Part shown: positions 57,822 through 64,000 of the stretch, one piece after another | Position numbering within the stretch: position 1 is the stretch's first letter | Layout: each line of letters starts with the position of its first letter | Source: an uncultured Planctomycetota bacterium | Lineage (GTDB): Bacteria > Planctomycetota > PLA2 > JAEUHO01 | Reading direction: 5' to 3' | Assembly: GCA_963752285.1 (NCBI GenBank) | Contig: CAVVXN010000005.1 | Coordinates: 1,728,001 to 1,792,000, forward strand | DNA length: 64,000 nt | The notes under the pieces: model-generated | Databases searched by the model: none | The model's input: only the letters and a program-made list of their open reading frames with translations | Told to the model about the DNA's origin: nothing | Translations under genes and position numbers: made by a program

Positions 57822-58595
57822 TCACCGGTTCGTCCAGACCGGCGGGCGCTTGTCGAGGAAGGCCTGGATGCCCTCCTTCGCGTCGTTCGTGGCCATCAGG
57901 TCCTCGAGGTAGAGGCGCTCGATCGCCGGGAGGTCCTCCCGGAGCCGCCGGTCGAGCGACCAGCGGACTGCCCGGACGGCGCGTCGGAGCGCCGCCGCGG
58001 AGAGCGGGACGAGATGCTCCCGGATCCAGAGGACCGCCGCGGCCGTCGGGTCGTCGGCGACCTGGTCCACGAGGGCGAGGTCCAGGGCGTCCTCGGCCGA
58101 GATCACGCGCCCGGTGAGGCAGAGGTCCTCGGCGGCCGGACGGCCGATCCGCTCGGGAAGGATCACCGAGGCGATCGGGGCGAGCACGCCGAGGCGGATC
58201 TCCGGCTGGCCCAGACGGGCGTCGGGCGACGCCACGACACGGTGCGCGAACGCCGCCAGCTCGAGACCGCCCCCGAGGCACTGTCCCCGCACCACCGCGA
58301 CGATCGGGACCGACGCCTCGGCCATCGTCAGGAACAGCGCGTGGAACGAGGCGAGCATCTCCCCCACCCGGTCGGGGAGGTGCTCGGCGACGGAGGCCCC
58401 GAACGAGAAGTTCGGCCCCTCGCCCTCGAGGAGCACCGCCTTCACCGCGCTCGCGCGCGCGGGCCCGCGGAAGGCCCGGTCGAGCGCGGCGACGGTCGCC
58501 GCGTCGATCACGTTCGCCTTGGGTGTCGCGAGCACGAGATGGACGACGGCGCCGTCCAGGAGCGACCCGACCCGTACCGGCTCGCCGGTCGTCAT
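57822..58595 (-). CDS. dch: Cyclohexa-1,5-diene-1-carbonyl-CoA hydratase
   Basis: Crotonase fold with PKANVID, FSFGASVAEH, GQCLGGGLE, GQPEIRLGV; adjacent to bcrC. Confidence 0.88.
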   Translation of the reverse strand: MTTGEPVRVGSLLDGAVVHLVLATPKANVIDAATVAALDRAFRGPARASAVKAVLLEGEGPNFSFGASVAEHLPDRVGEMLASFHALFLTMAEASVPIVAVVRGQCLGGGLELAAFAHRVVASPDARLGQPEIRLGVLAPIASVILPERIGRPAAEDLCLTGRVISAEDALDLALVDQVADDPTAAAVLWIREHLVPLSAAALRRAVRAVRWSLDRRLREDLPAIERLYLEDLMATNDAKEGIQAFLDKRPPVWTNR

Positions 58596-59059
58596 GACCC
58601 CTCCACGATGTCACGCTCGAGCTGAACGTAGGGCCCGCCCACGAAGCGCTGCGAGCGAAAGAAGGAGAGCACGGGCACGTCGCCCCGCCGGACCATGGTC
58701 CGGACGCGGGTCATGCCGAGCTCCCGGAAGCGGCGTGTCGCCGCCTCGAGCAGCGCGGAGGCGTGACCCCGACGGCGCGACGCGTCGTCGATGCCCACGG
58801 CGAACACCCAGCCGCAGGGCTCGGATCCGAACTCGAACGCGCGCACCTCGGCGAAGAGGAACCCGGCCAGACCGCCGGCCCCGTCGTCGATGCCGAAACC
58901 GAAGGTCTTCGCACGCCCGGTCTCGCCGAGGAACGAGGAGAAGACGCCCTCCCAGTAGGCCGGCTTCGGCGCGCCGGTCTGGTCTGCGTCGATCCGGACG
59001 ACCTCCGCGAGGTCGGTCGCCTCGAGCGCGCGCGGGACGAGGGCGGTCTGGCCCGACAT
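58592..59059 (-). CDS. GNAT family N-acetyltransferase
   Basis: EVRAFEFGSEPCGWVFAVG..RRRGHASALL; stop overlaps the dch start (ATGA). Confidence 0.9.
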   Translation of the reverse strand: MSGQTALVPRALEATDLAEVVRIDADQTGAPKPAYWEGVFSSFLGETGRAKTFGFGIDDGAGGLAGFLFAEVRAFEFGSEPCGWVFAVGIDDASRRRGHASALLEAATRRFRELGMTRVRTMVRRGDVPVLSFFRSQRFVGGPYVQLERDIVEGS

Positions 59060-59062
59060 GGA

Positions 59063-60178
59063 TCAGGCCTTTCCGTGCGCCTTCCCGAGCACCTCCTCGG
59101 TCAGCGCGTCGCTCCACGCCGCGCCGTCGGCGAGCCGCTGGCGCAGCAGGAGGAAGTCGGGCTCGCGACAGGCCTTCGAGCCCTCGTGGAACGCCCGGAA
59201 TCCCGCGCGGCCCTCGGTCATCATGTTCAGACCGAGCCACGCGCGGTTCGTCTCGCAGTTCCGGTCCCAGTGGAGGAGCTTGTGCTTGCGCACGCTCTCC
59301 ACCGTCTTCGCGAGGCAGCCCGGCATGGTGAGCGCGAGCGACGTCACGAGCTCGTCCACGGCCTGGTCGAGGGGGCCGAGGTCCACGGACCCCCGGCGGA
59401 GCAGGGCCTTCGCCTCGTCGCGCGCCGGCCCCTGCTTGACCTCGCCGTACACGATCCGCCCGCTGTCGTCGATCCAGCGGTCCGTCACGGCCATCGGGTT
59501 CGAGACGAGCTCGCCGTCCACCCGCAGGGCGGGGACGATCTTCGTCACGAGGCCGAGGCGGTACGCCTTGTGCGCGGTCCACGTCTCGCAGAGGGTGCAC
59601 GACTCCATGGCGCGCTCGACGCCGACGAAGAGCGGGAGGAAGTCGGTGGAGCCGCCGTCCGGCGCCGAGCCGTGCTTCGGGCCCGCTTGTCCGAAGAGCG
59701 CCAGGTCCTGCGCGACCGTGAAGTCGCACGCCATCCCGATCTCCTGGCCGCCCGCGATGCGCATCCCGTTGACCCGACAGATCACCGGCTTGTCCACGTG
59801 GAGGATCGACGAGACCATGTCGTTGAAGAGCCGCATGTACTGGCGGTACTCTTCGGGACGCCCTGCGTAGTAGGTGGCGTACTCCGCGGTGTTGCCGCCG
59901 GTGCAGAACGCGCGGTCGCCGGTCCCCGTGAAGACGACCGCGACGCTCCTGCGGTCGTTCGAGGCGTGCCGCATGGCGAGGATCACGCCCTTTACCATCT
60001 CCGTGGTGTAGGAGTTCAGCTGGCCCGGGTTGTCGAGCGCGATCCGGGTCGCGTGGAGTCCCTCGACCACGGCGCCCGCGGCGTCGTGGACCGGCAATGC
60101 GTCCACGCGGACGCCGGGCACGGCGGGCAGGTCCACGAGGTCGTGGTTCTTGAACTCGAACGCGGTCCGGGTCGTCAT
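59063..60178 (-). CDS. oah: 6-oxocyclohex-1-ene-1-carbonyl-CoA hydrolase
   Basis: LDNPGQLNSYTT, FCTGGNTAEYA, YRQYMRLFNDM, GGQEIGMACD, GQAGPKHGSAPDGGSTDFL. Confidence 0.93.
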   Translation of the reverse strand: MTTRTAFEFKNHDLVDLPAVPGVRVDALPVHDAAGAVVEGLHATRIALDNPGQLNSYTTEMVKGVILAMRHASNDRRSVAVVFTGTGDRAFCTGGNTAEYATYYAGRPEEYRQYMRLFNDMVSSILHVDKPVICRVNGMRIAGGQEIGMACDFTVAQDLALFGQAGPKHGSAPDGGSTDFLPLFVGVERAMESCTLCETWTAHKAYRLGLVTKIVPALRVDGELVSNPMAVTDRWIDDSGRIVYGEVKQGPARDEAKALLRRGSVDLGPLDQAVDELVTSLALTMPGCLAKTVESVRKHKLLHWDRNCETNRAWLGLNMMTEGRAGFRAFHEGSKACREPDFLLLRQRLADGAAWSDALTEEVLGKAHGKA

Positions 60179-60179
60179 C

Positions 60180-61250
60180 TCAAGCCTCCGGCGTGAGGAT
60201 CACGCGCTTCGCCACTCGGTGCGCCCGCAGGTCCTCGAACGTCTCGTTGATCGTCGAGAGCGGACGGTGCTCGACGAACGGAAGGAGGGCGATCCGTCCG
60301 GCGAGACAGTGCTCCAGCACCGCCGGGTAGTGCTCGGGCAGGCAGCCCCAGTTGCCCTCGACCGTGGCGTCGAAGGCCATCAGGTTGGAGAGCCGGACCG
60401 TGACCTTGTCCGGCGTGAACCCGACGATGGAGAGATATCCGCCGTGTTCGAGGAGGCCGAACGCCGTCGTCTGTCCCGCGGCGGTCCCCGACGTCTCGAA
60501 GATGCGGCGCCTCCACGTGGGGACGCCCTTCGCCTTCGCGAACCCCTGGACCTCCTTCCGGATCGACTTGAAGTCCAGGTCGGCGCGCAGCGTGAGCCCG
60601 GCTCCGTGCCGCGAGAGCAGCGCCAGGCGCTCGTCGTCCACGTCGAGCGCCACCACGTGCGCGCCGAGGGCGGCCGCGGCCTGGACGCCGAACCCGCCGA
60701 CGCCGCCGGCGCCGACGAACACCGCGAGGTCGCCCGCCGCGAGTCCGCTCTTCACGATCGCCTGCCACGCCGTAGTGACCGCGTCCGCGAGGACCGAGAG
60801 GACGGAGAGCGAGAGGCAGTTCGGGTTCGCGGTCCGGTCCTCGAGGTCGGGCACGGGACAGAGACCGTGGGCGGGCACGACCACGTGGCTCGCGAACCCG
60901 CCGTGCACGTCGTTCCCCGGAAAGATCTGCTTCGCGCAGATCTGGCCGCGCCCCGCCAGGCACGCGGCGCAGCGCCCGCACGGGATGACCGCTGGCACGA
61001 TGACGGCTCGTCCGAGCCACGCCTCGGCGCCCGGCCCGGCCGACACGACACGCCCGCTCACCTCGTGGCCGAGCGTCAGGGGGAAGGCGTGTCGGGTCGG
61101 GACGCCGTCGTAGAAGAAGCCGAGGTCGGTGTGACACACCCCGCAGCCGGCGACCTCGACCACCACCTCGCCCGCGCCGGCCTCGACCTCGCGGTGGGCC
61201 TCCTCCATCCGGCGGCCCGGCGCATCTGCGATCCACGCCGTGATCTCCAT
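60180..61250 (-). CDS. had: 6-hydroxycyclohex-1-ene-1-carbonyl-CoA dehydrogenase
   Basis: Zn-dependent dehydrogenase motifs GCGVCHTD, GHE, CGRCAAC..C, GAGGVG; RLSNLMAFDA, GNWGC; adjacent to oah. Confidence 0.92.
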   Translation of the reverse strand: MEITAWIADAPGRRMEEAHREVEAGAGEVVVEVAGCGVCHTDLGFFYDGVPTRHAFPLTLGHEVSGRVVSAGPGAEAWLGRAVIVPAVIPCGRCAACLAGRGQICAKQIFPGNDVHGGFASHVVVPAHGLCPVPDLEDRTANPNCLSLSVLSVLADAVTTAWQAIVKSGLAAGDLAVFVGAGGVGGFGVQAAAALGAHVVALDVDDERLALLSRHGAGLTLRADLDFKSIRKEVQGFAKAKGVPTWRRRIFETSGTAAGQTTAFGLLEHGGYLSIVGFTPDKVTVRLSNLMAFDATVEGNWGCLPEHYPAVLEHCLAGRIALLPFVEHRPLSTINETFEDLRAHRVAKRVILTPEA

Positions 61251-61278
61251 GTCCGCTCCCGCTCCCGCGTGACCCGGA

Positions 61279-61310
61279 AAAGAGGAAAACAGGAGTGTAT
61301 TTACCTCTTT
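61279..61310. promoter_or_regulatory. AT-rich imperfect palindrome upstream of had: candidate operator
   Basis: AAAGAGG-aaaacaggagtgtattta-CCTCTTT, about 30-60 bp upstream of the had ATG. Confidence 0.55.
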
Positions 61311-61428
61311 CGGCCCGGCCGGCAAGGCCGTGCCGGGACGGAGCGGCGCGCCGGGGCGTGACAAGGGCCTTTCGGCCCAGAACAGGGACCGGGGAGGACG
61401 CGGGCGTCCGGGTCCGGTGCGGCGTCCC

Positions 61429-62742
61429 CTACGTCGGGGCGGGCGTGGCCCGGCGGACGATCTCCTGGATCTCGCTCGCGGCGAGCACCCGCTCCGACGA
61501 CTTCGCCGCGGCGAGCACCGCCTCGACCACCTCCGGAACGTCCGGGAGGCCGTGGACCTGGAGGTAGTGGTGCACGTTCGACGCCCCGGACATGTGTCCG
61601 ATCTCGATCTCCTGCCGGCGGCCGATCCAGGAGGCGGGCACGCCGGAGTAGACCCGGTCCGCGAGCCACGCGTCGCCCTTCCGCAGCGCCTTCACGACCG
61701 CCGCGGCGTGCACGCCGGTCGCGGTGCGGAACGCGTCCTTCCCAACGATCGGCGTGTTCACGGGAATCGGGACGCCCGTCGCCTCGGCGACGGTCTCGAC
61801 GTACTCCTGCAGGCACGAAAGGTCGTCGTCGCGCACGCCGAGCAGCCGCAGGTTGACCAGCAGCTGCTCCATCGGCGTGTTCCCGACTCGTTCGCCGACG
61901 CCCAGCGCGGTCCCGTGGACGCGCGTCGCGCCCGCCTCGAGGGCGGCGAGCGTGTTGGGGAGGCCGAGCCCGCGGTCGCGGTGGCCGTGCCAGTCGATGC
62001 CGACGCGGTCCTCGACGCCGAGTTCGTGCAAGAGCGAGGCGACCCACCCGACGAGGTTCATGACGCCCGCGGGCGTCGCGGCGCCCACGGTGTCGCAGAG
62101 GCAGAGCCGCTTCGCACCCGCGTCCACCGCCGCCGAGAGCAGCACCCGCAGGTGCTCCGGCGCGGAGCGGATCGTGTCCTCCGTCACGTACATGACGTCG
62201 AGGCCTTCCTTCACGGCGAAGAGCACGGCCTCCTTCGTCAGTCGCAGGATCCGGTCGAGGTCCCACTCCTCCGCGTACTGCCGGATGGGGCTGCTCCCGA
62301 TGAACAGACAGGCCTCGATCGGGACCCCCGTGCGGTTCGTCACGTCGGCCATGGGCTGGATGTCGGCGAGCAACGTACGGCCCGCGCAGTTGGCGCGGAT
62401 GCGGAGCCGATCGCGCGCGATCTCGCGGCACAAGGTCTCCGTGGCCTCGCGCTGGCGCGGTCCGGCGCCGGGCAGCCCGATGTTCGCCGTCTCGATGCCG
62501 AGGCGGTTCATCAGCTGGAGGATCCGGACCTTCACCTCGACCTCGGGGTCGCGGACCGACGGGCTCTGGAGGCCGTCCCGGAGCGTCTCGTCGTCGAGCA
62601 TCGCGACGGTGGGCGGATGGAACCGGTGCGGCCCCTCTGCCGCCCAGTCGTAGACGAGCGCGCCCTCCCCGAGGGGCGAAGGGGCGCCCTCGGAGCCCGC
62701 CGCAGGCTCCTTGCCGACGGAGGAGGGAGAGGGCCCGGCCAC
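61429..62742 (-). CDS. LeuA/homocitrate/Re-citrate synthase family (DRE-TIM) acyltransferase lacking a regulatory domain
   Basis: DETLRDGLQ, LCDTVG, WHGHRDRG, GERVGN, TATGVHAAA; 437 aa. Confidence 0.88.
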   Translation of the reverse strand: MAGPSPSSVGKEPAAGSEGAPSPLGEGALVYDWAAEGPHRFHPPTVAMLDDETLRDGLQSPSVRDPEVEVKVRILQLMNRLGIETANIGLPGAGPRQREATETLCREIARDRLRIRANCAGRTLLADIQPMADVTNRTGVPIEACLFIGSSPIRQYAEEWDLDRILRLTKEAVLFAVKEGLDVMYVTEDTIRSAPEHLRVLLSAAVDAGAKRLCLCDTVGAATPAGVMNLVGWVASLLHELGVEDRVGIDWHGHRDRGLGLPNTLAALEAGATRVHGTALGVGERVGNTPMEQLLVNLRLLGVRDDDLSCLQEYVETVAEATGVPIPVNTPIVGKDAFRTATGVHAAAVVKALRKGDAWLADRVYSGVPASWIGRRQEIEIGHMSGASNVHHYLQVHGLPDVPEVVEAVLAAAKSSERVLAASEIQEIVRRATPAPT

Positions 62743-62743
62743 C

Positions 62744-63448
62744 TCAGGAGACCTTCGCGTGGCCGAACTGCCGCGCCCGATCGAGCAGCGCCCGCGCCGC
62801 CTCCTCGTCGCCGGCTTCCCTCTCGATCGTCGCGAGGTGGTACAGACTGCTCGCCTCGCCGACGCCCTCGTCGATGCTCTGCTGGAACTCCCGCTTCGCG
62901 TCGGCGAGGCGCCCGAGGCGCTCGTGGATCACCCCGATGTGGTAACGCGCCATCAGGTACTCCGGCGTCAGCGTCGTGCACTGCTCGAAGTGACGGAGGG
63001 CCTCGTCGAGCTCCCCCGCGTGGAAGTGCGCGATCGCGAGCCGGTAGTGCGCCGCGTTGTAGTGCGGGTCGATCTCGAGGCAGTGCTCGAACGCGCGGAC
63101 CGCCGCGGGCATGTTCCCCCGGTGGTACCACGCCACGCCGAGGTCGTACGCGCAGAGCACGAACTGGGGCGCGCCGTCGAGCGCCGCCTGGTAGCGCTCG
63201 ATCGCGAGGTCGAGCGTGCCCTGGTGGAAGTACATCGTGCCCAGGAGGTGGTTGGCGAGGACGTTCTGGGGCTCCACGTCGAGCAGCCGCTCGAGCTCGC
63301 GCCGCGCGTCCTTGTGATTGCCGTCCCGCTCCGAGACCAGGGCGAGCAGCAGCCGTTGGTCCAGGTGCGCGTCGCGGAGGAACATCCCGCACTCCGCGCA
63401 GAACTTGTCGGACTCCTTGGACTCGCGACCACAGCGGGTGCACCTCAC
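62744..63448 (-). CDS. Zinc-ribbon + TPR protein
   Basis: CTRCG..FCAECG N-terminus followed by TPR repeats; AGGAG RBS. Confidence 0.88.
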   Translation of the reverse strand: MRCTRCGRESKESDKFCAECGMFLRDAHLDQRLLLALVSERDGNHKDARRELERLLDVEPQNVLANHLLGTMYFHQGTLDLAIERYQAALDGAPQFVLCAYDLGVAWYHRGNMPAAVRAFEHCLEIDPHYNAAHYRLAIAHFHAGELDEALRHFEQCTTLTPEYLMARYHIGVIHERLGRLADAKREFQQSIDEGVGEASSLYHLATIEREAGDEEAARALLDRARQFGHAKVS

Positions 63449-63573
63449 TGGTCGTCTCCTCGATGAATCCGTCCCTTCGGGGCCCGCGCGCGACCCATTC
63501 GCACCGGGCGACCGAGCCGCCTCACTCTAGCGCGGGCGGGGCCGTCCGGACACCCCGGCGCCCGCGACGGGGG

Positions 63574-63999
63574 TCACGTCGGGCGGCGCTCGTCCCGCTG
63601 GAGCTCGTTCATCAGGTCGATCTGGATCTCCTGGATCTCCAGCAGCCGCTCCCACTGCCGCTGGACGAGGTAGTCGAGCTTCTCGCCGAGCTGCCGGATC
63701 TCGAGCTCCGCCTTCAGGTTCACGCGGTAGTCGTTCTGGGCGCGAAGGCGGTCGCGCGCCTCCTGGCGGTTCTGGCTCATCATGATGACGGGCGCCTGGA
63801 GCGCCGCGATGCACGAGAGGACCAGGTTCAGGAGGATGAAGGGGAACGGATCGAAGGGACGGGTGACCAGGAGGATGCCGTTCACCAGCATCCACACGAC
63901 CAGGAACCCGAGGAACACGAGGATGAACGGCCAGGACCCGCCGAGGTCCGCGACCCGGTCGGCGACCCGCTCCCCGAAGGAGAGTCCGCCCTGGAACTC
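63574..63999 (-). CDS. DUF1003-like membrane protein, 5'-truncated by the window edge
   Basis: ADRVADLGGSWPFI, FDPFPFILLNLVLSCIAALQAPVIMMSQNRQ, NLKAELEI. Confidence 0.9.
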   Translation of the reverse strand, partial: EFQGGLSFGERVADRVADLGGSWPFILVFLGFLVVWMLVNGILLVTRPFDPFPFILLNLVLSCIAALQAPVIMMSQNRQEARDRLRAQNDYRVNLKAELEIRQLGEKLDYLVQRQWERLLEIQEIQIDLMNELQRDERRPT

Positions 64000-64000
64000 C

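Overview
This is a very GC-rich bacterial chromosomal window with about 50 protein-coding genes. I found no rRNA, tRNA, CRISPR array, transposase or integrase. A Planctomycetota origin is inferred, not proven, from a TPR protein with two RNA-polymerase alpha-CTD domains, a PurS-fused PurL, an EndoIII-like protein, and many secreted HEAT/PDZ/TPR/FG-GAP proteins. The first ~38 kb is mostly housekeeping: cyclophilin, addBA, a KAS III gene followed by a tripartite RND pump, accA, purLQ, rpmE2-prfA-prmC, ffh-rpsP, murA, ruvA and asnS. The middle holds secreted-protein genes, recQ and divergent otsA/otsB. The last ~12.5 kb carries an anaerobic benzoyl-CoA dearomatisation cluster (had-oah-GNAT-dch-bcrCBAD-SDR-GNAT-Rrf2) preceded by LeuA-family, zinc-ribbon/TPR and DUF1003-like genes. 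The most unusual non-coding signals are: (1) a ~100-bp structured element with anti-Shine-Dalgarno tracts and a covarying closing stem, found once at the asnS stop codon and three times in tandem at a TPR gene stop codon; (2) an 8-copy ~56-bp array alternating a hairpin with a G-quadruplex motif; (3) a consensus sigma-54 promoter far upstream of an 805-aa lipoprotein gene; (4) an AT-rich palindrome in front of the bcr cluster. Start codons were adjusted by eye, and all product calls come from motif recognition without database searches.
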